Shown here in pieces: positions 44,249 through 54,237 of a stretch of DNA of 64,000 nucleotides. The position numbers were made by a program, and so were the translations under genes. The first letter of the stretch is position 1, and each line of letters opens with the position of its first letter. The stretch lies in NCBI GenBank assembly GCA_016199085.1, contig JACQHJ010000004.1:16926-80925 (forward strand), read 5' to 3'. Source of the DNA: Candidatus Levyibacteriota bacterium. GTDB taxonomy: Bacteria; Patescibacteriota; Microgenomatia; Levybacterales; UBA12049. Below the pieces are notes generated by a model that worked only from the letters and a program-made list of their open reading frames with translations, made no database searches and was not told the DNA's origin.

Positions 44249-45345
44249 AAGTAGCCATAGTCCATGACTATATTAAAGAATTTGGCGGAGCAGAAAGGGT
44301 TTTAAGAGCGCTTTGTGATATTTTCCCTGAGGCTCCCATTTATACAGCCTCTGTAGATAAAAGTTCGTCAGCACTAAATCATTTTAAGGATAGAAAAATA
44401 ATAACTAGTTGGTTTAATTTACTCCCATTTGCCTCAAAACTTGTCAGTCCTTTGAGATTTCTAACCCCCCTTATCTGGGGCAGTTTTAACTTTAAAGATT
44501 ATGATGTAGTTATATCATCTGCAAGCTGGTTTACAACCAAAGGTTTTAAAAAGCAAAATGATAAGTTTATCGAAATCTGTTATTGCCATACTCCTCCGAG
44601 ATGGTTATATGGCTATACGACTTCAGTTAATTTCCAAAAATATGGGCTGATTAAAGCCTATGCTGCGATTGTTGGCCATTTTTTAAGAGTCTATGATTTC
44701 AAACAAGCTCAAAAAGTTGATTTTTTTATTGCCAATTCAAAAGAAGTCGCAGGAAGAATTAAGAAATTTTACAGAAGAGATTCTACTGTTATTTATCCTC
44801 CTGTTTCTCTTCCAAAAGTAGGAGAAGTTAAAAAGGAAAACTTTTATTTTATAGTTTCAAGAATTGTCGGAGCAAAGGGACTGGATATGGCCGTAGAAGC
44901 CGCTGTAAGACAAGGATTTAGTCTTAAAATTGCAGGTGCTCCAGCAGGGTACTATTTTGAATACAATAAGCTTTTAGAAAAAGCCAAAGGCAAGGTAGAA
45001 TTCTTGGGCCAGATATCAGACGAAGAACTTGCAAGGCTATATAAAAGCGCAAAGGCATTTTTGGCTTTATCTAAAGATGAAGATTTTGGAATAACTCCGG
45101 TTGAAGCAATGCTATCTGGTACGCCAGTTATTGCCTTTAACGGAGGAGGATATAAGGAAACAGTAATTGATGGTAAAACTGGTGTTTTATTTAACGATTA
45201 TTCAGTAGGGGGACTTATTACTGCAATCAAAAGATTTGAAAAAATGAAGCTAAAAACAGAAGACTTAGTAAAACAAGCGGATAAATTTTCTAAAGAGAGA
45301 TTTGAAAAGGAAATAAGAGAATTTATTGACTCAAAAATAAAATGA
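44245..45345 (+). CDS. Glycosyltransferase family 4
   Basis: GGAERV, YCHTPPR and EDFGITPVEAM motifs. Confidence 0.92.
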   Translation: MKVAIVHDYIKEFGGAERVLRALCDIFPEAPIYTASVDKSSSALNHFKDRKIITSWFNLLPFASKLVSPLRFLTPLIWGSFNFKDYDVVISSASWFTTKGFKKQNDKFIEICYCHTPPRWLYGYTTSVNFQKYGLIKAYAAIVGHFLRVYDFKQAQKVDFFIANSKEVAGRIKKFYRRDSTVIYPPVSLPKVGEVKKENFYFIVSRIVGAKGLDMAVEAAVRQGFSLKIAGAPAGYYFEYNKLLEKAKGKVEFLGQISDEELARLYKSAKAFLALSKDEDFGITPVEAMLSGTPVIAFNGGGYKETVIDGKTGVLFNDYSVGGLITAIKRFEKMKLKTEDLVKQADKFSKERFEKEIREFIDSKIK

Positions 45346-45752
45346 AAAATAGAGTAGTTGTTACAGCCATCATTGAAAAAGACGATAAAATACTCATGGG
45401 TAAAAAGACAGGCAATGTTGGCCCATATCCCAACACATGGCATTTAATTGGTGGAGGAGTAAATCTAGGAGAAGAGTCGGCTATGGACGCTATTAAAAGA
45501 GAGATAGAAGAAGAAACTGGTTTAAAAGTAAAAGAAGTTGAAAGAGTTGGTTTTGATGAAGATTTTGAGACTGATAAACACGGAGAAATGACTCATTATA
45601 TTTTCTTGATTTATAAAACTAAAATAACAAGTAAGGTTGCTTTACCAGGAGACGATATAATTAAATTAGAATGGATTGATAAATCTAAACTTAAAGAGTT
45701 TCCTTTAACAAGGCCTTCTGCAAAATATTTTAAAGAAATAGGTTTGATATAA
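45342..45752 (+). CDS. NUDIX hydrolase
   Basis: Nudix box GGVNLGEESAMDAIKREIEEETGL. Confidence 0.92.
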   Translation: MKNRVVVTAIIEKDDKILMGKKTGNVGPYPNTWHLIGGGVNLGEESAMDAIKREIEEETGLKVKEVERVGFDEDFETDKHGEMTHYIFLIYKTKITSKVALPGDDIIKLEWIDKSKLKEFPLTRPSAKYFKEIGLI

Positions 45753-45759
45753 TCTAAAA

Positions 45760-46626
45760 ATGCCAGAGCTTCCAGAAGTAGAAACAATCAGACTGGGTCT
45801 CTCCAAATATCTGGTAGGACATAAAATTTTAGATGTTGATGTAAAGCTTAAAAGGATCTTTACCGGAGATCCTAAAAGCATCATTGGCGCAAGGGTAGAA
45901 AGTATAGACAGGTTTGGAAAAGGCTTGGTAATAAATCTTGATAACGGGTACTCAATTGCCATTCATATAAAGCTTACAGGACAGATTATATACAATGATT
46001 TGACATTTATTCGAAATAGAAATATCCATCTATCAAAAGCTAAAGTAGGACAATTGCCCAATAAATTTACTCATGTAATTTTCACTTTAGATAAAGATGC
46101 TAAGCTTTATTACAATGATATCCGCCAGTTCGGCTGGATAAAAATAGTTAAAAAGGCTGATTTAAAAACTCTTCCCTTTTTCAAAGATTTGGGTCCTGAG
46201 CCGATTCCTTCATCTGGACAGCCTCCTTTAACTTTGGAACAGTTTGAAAATATTCTTTCCAAATCAAATCTTGCTGTAAAAGTATTAATTATGGATCAAA
46301 AAAGAATCGGAGGAGTAGGGAATATTTATGCAAACGATGCGTTATTTTTATCAAGTATTGATCCAAGACGAAAAGCCAAGGAAATAACGAAAATTGAGGC
46401 TAAAAAGCTCTTTGGAGCAATACTTACGGTATTGAAAAAGGGTTTAAAATATGGTGGCGCTTCAGAGCTTACTTTTGTAAATGCATTAGGAGAAGAAGGA
46501 GGATATCAAAATCACTTTCTGGCTTATGGTAAAAAAGGAGAAAAATGTAGCGTCTGTGGCGCTACCATGGAAAAGATTTTTTTAGGCGGTAGGGGTACAT
46601 TTTTTTGTCCAAAACACCAAAAGTGA
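45760..46626 (+). CDS. mutM: Formamidopyrimidine-DNA glycosylase
   Basis: MPELPEVE, HIKLTG, GVGNIYAND and C-terminal zinc finger. Confidence 0.96.
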   Translation: MPELPEVETIRLGLSKYLVGHKILDVDVKLKRIFTGDPKSIIGARVESIDRFGKGLVINLDNGYSIAIHIKLTGQIIYNDLTFIRNRNIHLSKAKVGQLPNKFTHVIFTLDKDAKLYYNDIRQFGWIKIVKKADLKTLPFFKDLGPEPIPSSGQPPLTLEQFENILSKSNLAVKVLIMDQKRIGGVGNIYANDALFLSSIDPRRKAKEITKIEAKKLFGAILTVLKKGLKYGGASELTFVNALGEEGGYQNHFLAYGKKGEKCSVCGATMEKIFLGGRGTFFCPKHQK

Positions 46627-46713
46627 ACTTCCAAGCTTTAAAATTAAACTAGAGCTTGACCTTTATTTCTATTTCCCGTAATATAAGTCACTAGCGTTTA
46701 AGCGCTTATTTTT

Positions 46714-47415
46714 ATGGCTTACAGCGATAAAATTGTCATGTCGATAGGTGGATCCCTCATTGTTCCGGAAGGGGGAATTGATACCAAGTTTCTTTCAGAA
46801 CTAAACCTCTTTATCAGAGATAATCTTTCGAAAAATAAAAAACGCCAGTTTTTTTTGGTCGCAGGCGGAGGAAAGCTGGCAAGAGATTACAGGGATGCGG
46901 GGGCCAAAGTTATTAAACACGAGCTGACAATCGATGATTTGGATTGGCTTGGAATTCATTCTACAAGGCTTAACGCGCATCTTTTAAGAACTATCTTTAG
47001 GGATATAGCACATCCTGTTATTTTGGAGAATTTCGAGACAATAAGAAAGCCCACAGAGCCTGTCGTCGTTGCGGCAGGATGGAAGCCTGGGCATTCAACG
47101 GATTTTGACGCGGTTTTAGTCTGTGAAGACTACGGAGTTAGAAGCATTATCAACTTAAGTAATGTTGAAACGGTTTTCGATAAAGATCCCAATAAATTTA
47201 AAGAAGCAAAACCAATTCATAAAATAAGTTGGACTGATTTTAGAAAAATTGTCGGAGACAAATGGACGCCGGGACTTAATGCACCATTTGATCCGATAGC
47301 TGCCAAAAAAGCGCATAAATTGGGAGTAAAAGTTGCAGTTCTACTGGGCCATAATTTAAAAAACGTAGAAAATTATATTTTAGGAAAAGACTTCATAGGG
47401 ACTGTGATAGAATAA
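46714..47415 (+). CDS. pyrH: UMP kinase, archaeal-type
   Basis: SIGGS, AGGG, GWKPGHSTDFDA, DKDP and PGLNAPFDPIA motifs. Confidence 0.92.
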   Translation: MAYSDKIVMSIGGSLIVPEGGIDTKFLSELNLFIRDNLSKNKKRQFFLVAGGGKLARDYRDAGAKVIKHELTIDDLDWLGIHSTRLNAHLLRTIFRDIAHPVILENFETIRKPTEPVVVAAGWKPGHSTDFDAVLVCEDYGVRSIINLSNVETVFDKDPNKFKEAKPIHKISWTDFRKIVGDKWTPGLNAPFDPIAAKKAHKLGVKVAVLLGHNLKNVENYILGKDFIGTVIE

Positions 47416-47432
47416 TCCTCAAGCAAGACATC

Positions 47433-48494
47433 ATGTTAAAATCAATTCATCTGCAAAATTTCAGAAGTTATAAAAAAGCTGATTTTAATTTCAGCGAAAA
47501 ATCCACTTTAATTGTAGGTCCAAATACGATAGGCAAAAGTAATCTTTTAGAAGCAATCTTTTTAATTTCTACCGGTAAAAGCTTTAGAACCGAAAAAGAT
47601 TTTCAAATGCTTGAACAGGGAAAAGAAGTGGGAAGAGTATCTGCAATGGTTGATGATTTAAAGCTTGAAGTAGTCATTACCAACGGAAATGTAGGAGGAG
47701 TAAAATCCCAGTATAAGAAATTTCTAGTAAACGGCGTTGCCAAAAGAAGAGTGGACTTTGCTGGAAACCTTCTGTCGGTTTTATTTTCTCCCTCAGACCT
47801 AGATATTATTGTCGATTCTCCGACTCTTAGAAGAAATTTTTTGGATAATGTTCTAGAACAGGTAGACAGGGAATACAGGGTAGCAAGTATTGCCTATGTT
47901 AAAGCCTTACGGCAAAGAAACGCTCTTTTGGAGCTTGCAAGAGAGACTGGAGCAAGAAACGAAAAGCAGCTTGAATATTGGGATAGCTTGGTTATAGAAA
48001 ATGGTCAAATTATAACTTCTAAAAGAAACCAGTTTATTGATTTTGTAAACAGTGCCAAAAAAGATATTTTTGAATTTATAATCCTTTATGACAAAAGCTT
48101 AATTTCGAAAGAAAGGCTTGACCAGTACAAAGTAGAGGAGAGGCTTTCGGGAGTTACTTTGGTCGGTCCTCATAGAGATGACTTTTCAATCCAGATGAAA
48201 GGAAAACATATAGCAAACGACGTTAAATACTTTGGTTCCCGTGGACAGCAAAGGCTTGCCATCTTGCAGTTAAAAGCCCTGGAAATTACCTTTATTGAGG
48301 AAAAAATGGGTAAACGTCCACTTCTTTTACTAGATGATATTTTTTCAGAACTGGATAGCGGACATATCAATCTGGTTTTAGAAAAAGCAGGTAAGCAGCA
48401 AACTATCATAACTACGACTCACAAAGAGTTTGTGGGAAAACTTTTTCTTAAACAGATGGAAGTGATAGAATTAGAAAATGGAAAAAAAGATTGA
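47433..48494 (+). CDS. recF: DNA replication/repair protein RecF
   Basis: NFRSY, GPNTIGKSN, GPHRDD, GSRGQQR and LLLDDIFSELD motifs. Confidence 0.95.
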   Translation: MLKSIHLQNFRSYKKADFNFSEKSTLIVGPNTIGKSNLLEAIFLISTGKSFRTEKDFQMLEQGKEVGRVSAMVDDLKLEVVITNGNVGGVKSQYKKFLVNGVAKRRVDFAGNLLSVLFSPSDLDIIVDSPTLRRNFLDNVLEQVDREYRVASIAYVKALRQRNALLELARETGARNEKQLEYWDSLVIENGQIITSKRNQFIDFVNSAKKDIFEFIILYDKSLISKERLDQYKVEERLSGVTLVGPHRDDFSIQMKGKHIANDVKYFGSRGQQRLAILQLKALEITFIEEKMGKRPLLLLDDIFSELDSGHINLVLEKAGKQQTIITTTHKEFVGKLFLKQMEVIELENGKKD

Positions 48495-49191
48495 ATTTAT
48501 TGTAGATAATACAATTCTTCGAGGCTCGCTTTTTATTCCACAAGGAAACGGACCGTTTCCAGCGGTTATTCTGTTTCATGGAAATGGAGGAAGAGGAGCT
48601 AGTACTTTTGAAGCAGCATCAAAGTTTTTCGAAATTGGAGCAATGTCTTTTGTTTTTAATTTTAGGGGATGTGGGGTAAGCGACGGGGACTATTCAATTC
48701 AAACTCATCAAGATGCCTTAAATGATGCATCTGCTGCATTTGATTTCTTACTTTCTCAAAACATTGATAAAGAAAGAATTGGAGTTGTTGGTGGAAGTTT
48801 TGGAGGATATCTTTCTTGCATGCTTCTTCCAAAATTTAATATTAAGTCTCTTGTTTTAAGATCTCCTTCTGCTTGTAGGCATGGTCCTAAAGACAAGCTC
48901 GACATGGGAGGATTACAGCATGAGGTTGACTACTTTAAAAATAAGGGAAACTGGATTAATTCCCAAAGTTATGTTAATATCTCAAGTTTTAAGGGCTCAG
49001 TTTTAATTGTTAAGGCAGAAAATGATGAAAACGTGCCTGCGCATGTAGTAGATTTATATTTTGATAAAGCTACTAATTCAAAAGATCGAGAAAGAAAAAC
49101 TATTAAAAACTCAGATCATAGAATGTCTGAGCAAAAGTGGAGAGATGAATTTTTCGATATGATGCTTGGTTGGTTTTCAAAAACACTATGA
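48478..49191 (+). CDS. Alpha/beta-fold hydrolase
   Basis: HG oxyanion motif, GGSFGG nucleophile, and D/H triad candidates (ENDENV, SDH). Confidence 0.88.
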   Translation: MEKKIEFIVDNTILRGSLFIPQGNGPFPAVILFHGNGGRGASTFEAASKFFEIGAMSFVFNFRGCGVSDGDYSIQTHQDALNDASAAFDFLLSQNIDKERIGVVGGSFGGYLSCMLLPKFNIKSLVLRSPSACRHGPKDKLDMGGLQHEVDYFKNKGNWINSQSYVNISSFKGSVLIVKAENDENVPAHVVDLYFDKATNSKDRERKTIKNSDHRMSEQKWRDEFFDMMLGWFSKTL

Positions 49192-50066
49192 AAATAATAA
49201 TTTTAGGTCATGGAAAATGGGGACAGGCGATGGGTTCGCTTCTTTCTAAGAATAAGAAAGACTGGTCGTATTGGCAACGAGATACTGAAATAGAGGGTGA
49301 TTCAATTTTAGTTAACTGTCTTCCTACCCAGGTTATAAGAGATGTTTTTCAAAAGTACGGCAAAAATTTAAAAAACTCAATTATTGTAAACGGCGCCAAG
49401 GGAATAGAAAGTAAAACACATAAACTTCCCTATGAAATAATAAGAGATGTTTTAGGAGAAGAGGTAGATTATTTCACCCTCATCGGTCCTGGTTTTTCCC
49501 AGGAAATCATAAATCAAATGCCAACTCTTGTAAATATCGGATACTTCAAGGTCAAAAACTCAGAACTAGTCAAAGACCTTTTCCAAACAGATTATTTCAG
49601 AGTCAGACTTGTTAATCAGATTGAGGCCTTGGAATTATCAGGCGCATTTAAAAACATTTATGCCATAGCCTGTGGAATAGCCGACGGTTTGGGATTTGAA
49701 TCAAACACAAAAACAAAACTAATCATAGTTGCCATAGAAGAATTGTACAGGATATCAAAAAGTCTAAGTCTTGTCATAAATGAAGATATGATTGCCGGTA
49801 CTGTTGGAGATTTAATATTAACTTGCAGTAGTGAGCAAAGCAGAAACTTTAGTTTTGGAAGACTCTTGGCAAAAGAAAAAGTACAACAGGCTCTATCAAT
49901 CGTCGGAGAAACAACAGAGGGGTATCACACTATTGAATCGCTTCCTTTTTATGAACAAAAGGCAAAAGTAAACCTAAGTCTTGCTCATTTTGTGTACGAT
50001 GCCATAAAAAAAGACGATCCTACAAATATAAAAGAGCTTTTTACTTCCTTTGTTGAAAACGTCTAA
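49188..50066 (+). CDS. gpsA: NAD(P)H-dependent glycerol-3-phosphate dehydrogenase
   Basis: GHGKWG, AKGIE, KNIYAIACG, GDLILTC, SRN and TEG motifs. Confidence 0.9.
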   Translation: MKIIILGHGKWGQAMGSLLSKNKKDWSYWQRDTEIEGDSILVNCLPTQVIRDVFQKYGKNLKNSIIVNGAKGIESKTHKLPYEIIRDVLGEEVDYFTLIGPGFSQEIINQMPTLVNIGYFKVKNSELVKDLFQTDYFRVRLVNQIEALELSGAFKNIYAIACGIADGLGFESNTKTKLIIVAIEELYRISKSLSLVINEDMIAGTVGDLILTCSSEQSRNFSFGRLLAKEKVQQALSIVGETTEGYHTIESLPFYEQKAKVNLSLAHFVYDAIKKDDPTNIKELFTSFVENV

Positions 50067-50338
50067 TTATTAACCTTCTCGGAAATCTTGGATAATTGGT
50101 AGGTGATAAAAACAGCAAGCACTGTTACGACAAGTGCATAGATTAATAAAGAAATAATTCCACCAAGGTCAGGCAAGAATTTTTTAACATAAGTTGCTAC
50201 AAATTCCTGGATTAAATTATTCCAGGCAAGAGCTGCTACCAGGCCAAAACCAGAAGTTGCAAGCGTCAGCATTTGTTTTACAAGCTCCCTGTGGAGTGCT
50301 TTTTTAGGTTTATCAATTCTTCGGGAATTCTTCGGCAT
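50063..50338 (-). CDS. Small two-TM membrane protein (DUF5654-like)
   Basis: TSGFGLVAALAWN motif. Confidence 0.8.
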   Translation of the reverse strand: MPKNSRRIDKPKKALHRELVKQMLTLATSGFGLVAALAWNNLIQEFVATYVKKFLPDLGGIISLLIYALVVTVLAVFITYQLSKISEKVNN

Positions 50339-50365
50339 ATAATGCTATAATTATACCAAATCTTT

Positions 50366-51409
50366 ATGTACAAACCAAAATACTCAATAACAAACAAAAT
50401 CCTCAAAAATATCGGCAGCATTGAAGCCTCAAAAGAAGTAATAGATCATGCACCTTTACTTCCATATTTTGAAAGAGAATTTAGAGAAGAAGCAGCCTTA
50501 AGATCAGTTCATTTTGGAACCCATATAGAGGGAAACGAATTAAATCTTTCCCAGGCTGAAAAGGTTCTTCTAGGACAAGATATTGCGGCAAGAGACAGGG
50601 ATATTCAGGAGGTAATTAACTACAGAAAGGTCCTTGATTACACATCAAGTATCCCACAAGATGCAAAAATTAATGAAGAGATTATTAAAAAAATTCATTC
50701 AATTACCGTTGATAAGATATTAGACTCTTCCCAGCAGGGGACTTACAGAAAAACCCAAGTTGTTGTTAAAAATAGCCATACGGGTGAAGTTAGTTTCAGG
50801 CCGCCAATGGCAGTAGCCGTTCCTTTCCAAATAAAAGAACTTTTAGACTTTATAGAAAGCTCGCAAGAGCAAGATGTTCATCCTGTTTTGGAGAGTGGAA
50901 TTGTTCATTTTGAATTCGTTAGAATCCATCCTTTCCTGGACGGAAACGGAAGAGTAGCAAGGGCTTTTGCAACTTTAATTTTATATCTTAAAGGATATGA
51001 TATTAGAAAGTTTTTCTCTTTAGAAGAATATTTTGATAAAGACGCATCTGAGTATTATGATGCGTTGCAAAGCGTAGATAAAAATGATGGCGATCTAACC
51101 AAATGGCTTGAATATTTTACTTTCGGCTTATCAGTTGAGCTTTCAAAGATTAGAGAAAAGGTAGAAAGCATTTCAATTGATGCAAGACTAAAAGAAAAAC
51201 TTGGAGGAAAACCAATCTTACTAACGCCTAGGCAATTAAAGATTATTGAATATATTCAAAAAATCGGTTATCTTCAAAATCAGGCATTTGAGAGTCTTTT
51301 TCCGATGATTTCGGAAGATACGATTCTAAATGAATTAAAGGGTCTTTTAAAAGAGGGAATTGTTAAAAAACACGGTGTAACCAAGGGTGCAAAATATATA
51401 ATGACTTAA
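50366..51409 (+). CDS. Fic family protein with C-terminal wHTH
   Basis: HPFLDGNGRVAR and inhibitory motif THIEGN. Confidence 0.93.
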   Translation: MYKPKYSITNKILKNIGSIEASKEVIDHAPLLPYFEREFREEAALRSVHFGTHIEGNELNLSQAEKVLLGQDIAARDRDIQEVINYRKVLDYTSSIPQDAKINEEIIKKIHSITVDKILDSSQQGTYRKTQVVVKNSHTGEVSFRPPMAVAVPFQIKELLDFIESSQEQDVHPVLESGIVHFEFVRIHPFLDGNGRVARAFATLILYLKGYDIRKFFSLEEYFDKDASEYYDALQSVDKNDGDLTKWLEYFTFGLSVELSKIREKVESISIDARLKEKLGGKPILLTPRQLKIIEYIQKIGYLQNQAFESLFPMISEDTILNELKGLLKEGIVKKHGVTKGAKYIMT

Positions 51410-51410
51410 T

Positions 51411-53135
51411 ATGAAATTTAGTCAACTAACAGAGTATTTTGAAAAACTTGAGAAAACCTCTTCAAGGCTTTCTTTAATTGAAATCCTGTCCGAACTTTTT
51501 AAAAAAACACCCACTCAAGAAATTGATAAAATCTCATATCTAATTCAGGGAAGGCTAGCTCCCTTCTTTATTCCCTTAGAGATTGGAATGGCGGAGAAAA
51601 ATGTAGCTAAAGCCATAGCCCAGGCTTTCGGGGTAACGCCGGAGGAAGTTACGATAGAATATAACAAGCTTGGTGATATGGGACTTGCCGCAAGTCAATT
51701 TGCCAAAAAGTCAAAAGACGGAAATGTTTCGGTTTTGGAAGTTCACAAAACGCTGACTGAAATTGCAAATACTAAGGGAGAGGGAACGGTTGAGAAAAGA
51801 CAAAAACTTTTGGCAGACCTTCTTTCAAAAATGGAGGTAATTTCGGCAAAGCATTTGGTCAGAATTCCTCTTGGAAATGTGCGCTTAGGCATCGGAGATC
51901 CAACGGTTTTAGACGCTCTTGCTACTGCAAAATTGGGAGACAAATCAAAAAGAAAACTTTTGGAAGGAGCGTATAACAAGACTTCAGATTTAGGTTTAAT
52001 TGCAAAGACGCTTTGGGAGAAAGGATTAGCCGGAGTTGAAAAGCTTGATGTTAGAGTTGGATCACCCATAAGGTCGGAGCTTTGTGAAAGGTTGCCAAGT
52101 CCCCAAAAAGTAATTGAGAAAATGGGAGAGGTTGATGCCCAAATGAAATTCGATGGAATACGTGTACAGCTGCACAAGAATGGAAATGAGGTCAGGGTGT
52201 TTTCTAGAAATCTTGAAGAAATGACTCATATGTTTCCTGAGCTTATTTCGGCAACTGTGGCCCAAGTCAAGGCAAAAACAGTCATCTTAGACGGAGAAGC
52301 GTTGGCTTATAACCCCGATTCAGAAGAGTTTTTACCTTTCCAGGAAACGACCAAAAGAAGAAGAAAACATGGTATTGAAGAAATGGCCGCAAAACTTCCT
52401 TTAAAGGCATTTATCTTTGATATTTTATATAAAGACGGGCAGTCTCTAATAGATAAGCCACTATCCCAGCGAATGGAAATTCTTTCCAATACTATCGTTG
52501 AAGACGGAGTTTTAATTAAAAGTAAAAACCAGGTTATTAAAGACGCAAAACCTTTGTCGATAATGCTTGAAGACGCAATTTCCAAGGGCCTTGAAGGAGT
52601 TGTAATTAAAAAACTGGAGAGTCCTTATGAGGCTGGAGCAAGGAACTTCAACTGGGTAAAGCTTAAAAGACACTCATCCGGAGAACTAAGCGACACAGTT
52701 GACTGCGTAATCTTAGGTTATGTTACTGGAAAAGGAAAAAGGATTGCATTCGGAGCAGGAGCTTTACTTGTTGGTTTGTACGACAAAACTAAGGATGAAT
52801 TTGTAACTGTTTCAAAAATTGGAACCGGTCTTACTGATGAGGAGTGGAGAGAGGTTCATAAAAGAGCTGATAGGATAAGAGTGGAAAGTAAGCCAGCAAG
52901 GGTAAACTCCTTAATTACCCCTTCTGTTTGGATAAAGCCTGAAATAGTAATTGAAGTTTTAGCAGATGAAATAACAAGAAGCCCAATTCACACTGCCGGA
53001 AAAACAGATTCAGAACCAGGTTTTGCTCTAAGATTTCCAAGACTAGTTTCTTTTAGAGGATTGGATAAAAGGGCAGAGGATGCAACTAGCGTTGATGAGC
53101 TAATTGAAATGTTTAAACAGCAAGGAAAGAAGTAG
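51411..53135 (+). CDS. ATP-dependent DNA ligase (archaeal/LigB-like)
   Basis: N-terminal DNA-binding domain, adenylation motif KFDGIR, LDGE, EGVVIK, WVKLK and LRFPR. Confidence 0.95.
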   Translation: MKFSQLTEYFEKLEKTSSRLSLIEILSELFKKTPTQEIDKISYLIQGRLAPFFIPLEIGMAEKNVAKAIAQAFGVTPEEVTIEYNKLGDMGLAASQFAKKSKDGNVSVLEVHKTLTEIANTKGEGTVEKRQKLLADLLSKMEVISAKHLVRIPLGNVRLGIGDPTVLDALATAKLGDKSKRKLLEGAYNKTSDLGLIAKTLWEKGLAGVEKLDVRVGSPIRSELCERLPSPQKVIEKMGEVDAQMKFDGIRVQLHKNGNEVRVFSRNLEEMTHMFPELISATVAQVKAKTVILDGEALAYNPDSEEFLPFQETTKRRRKHGIEEMAAKLPLKAFIFDILYKDGQSLIDKPLSQRMEILSNTIVEDGVLIKSKNQVIKDAKPLSIMLEDAISKGLEGVVIKKLESPYEAGARNFNWVKLKRHSSGELSDTVDCVILGYVTGKGKRIAFGAGALLVGLYDKTKDEFVTVSKIGTGLTDEEWREVHKRADRIRVESKPARVNSLITPSVWIKPEIVIEVLADEITRSPIHTAGKTDSEPGFALRFPRLVSFRGLDKRAEDATSVDELIEMFKQQGKK

Positions 53136-53136
53136 T

Positions 53137-53430
53137 TTAACGACGAGCTCCTGCGATAAAAACAGTAGCCGCAGCGGCCAAAACGCGTTTCAGGGTGCCA
53201 ACAGGTTTTCTTCGTTCTGTTGCTCTTTGAGATTGTAGCGCAATTGCGCGTGCATTATGAGCATCAATTGCGGCGCGGCCGACATTATCAAAACTCCAAT
53301 GATAATCATCAAGCTGTGTCATTTTACTTATCTCAGCAGGTGGCCTTATACCATGACTTAGCCAAGCTAGATCAATTCTTACGAGATCCTCTTCTGTATA
53401 AATCCTAGCCTCAGAATTCCTACCAAACAT
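53137..53430 (-). CDS. Hypothetical protein
   Basis: 97-aa ATG-started ORF filling the gap between convergent genes. No recognisable motif. Confidence 0.5.
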   Translation of the reverse strand: MFGRNSEARIYTEEDLVRIDLAWLSHGIRPPAEISKMTQLDDYHWSFDNVGRAAIDAHNARAIALQSQRATERRKPVGTLKRVLAAAATVFIAGARR

Positions 53431-53501
53431 TAATGAAATAAATACCGCCTAAATAAATTTTTCCACGAATGAGTTTTTCTGTCAAGAGCTTTTTTGGGAA
53501 T

Positions 53502-54188
53502 TTAAAGTAATGCGGAGACTTTTTCCAGCTGTTTTTTCCTTAAGATAAGTTTTGGATTTGCATCAATTAGTTCTTTTGCTCTTTGTAAAGCCTCTTTTGC
53601 TTTTTGAGGATCATCTGCTCTTAACATTTCGGCAATCTCAATGTAGCCGCCAGATAGCCAAACGTCTTTTTCATATTGGTCTTCCTCTGCTGCCGCAAGG
53701 TCCAAAAGCGCTTTCTCGGCTCTTTCTAAAGCTGATTTATCACCGTTTTTATATTCGCAAACGCTTAAGTGAAGAGTCATATCTAAAACTACGGATGGCC
53801 TGTTGTGGTGAGGCGGAGGATTTTGCATTAAATTTGCAATTGCTTCTTTTATGTTTTCAATTGCATCTGTGTATTCTCCAAGAGTTTGTTGGGTTTTCCC
53901 AAGGTTAAAAAGAGGAATTGCCAGAGCCTTTGGATCGTCTCCTTTTTGCGCTATCTCAACGCTAGCCTTAGCAATATGTTTTGCCAAAATAATGTATTTT
54001 TGATCTGCTGTTTGTTCGTAAAGGTGTCTTAATGTTAATACTTTTGAGGAAAGTACTTCTGCAAATCCGGCAACATTTCCTTCTTTTTGATATTCAACCA
54101 AAGCTTGGTCGCAAAGCGTTAGGGCCTTTGTAAAATCCTCACTCTCTCTGGCTTCTTCTGCTTTCTTATGAAGACTTAAGGCGTTCAT
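53502..54188 (-). CDS. TPR-like helical repeat protein
   Basis: TPR-like patterns such as LFNLGKTQQTLGEYTDAIENIKEAI. Confidence 0.75.
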   Translation of the reverse strand: MNALSLHKKAEEARESEDFTKALTLCDQALVEYQKEGNVAGFAEVLSSKVLTLRHLYEQTADQKYIILAKHIAKASVEIAQKGDDPKALAIPLFNLGKTQQTLGEYTDAIENIKEAIANLMQNPPPHHNRPSVVLDMTLHLSVCEYKNGDKSALERAEKALLDLAAAEEDQYEKDVWLSGGYIEIAEMLRADDPQKAKEALQRAKELIDANPKLILRKKQLEKVSALL

Positions 54189-54237
54189 GCAAAAATTATA
54201 CCACAAAAAGAAAGTTTGTTTATGTTAAAATGAAGCC

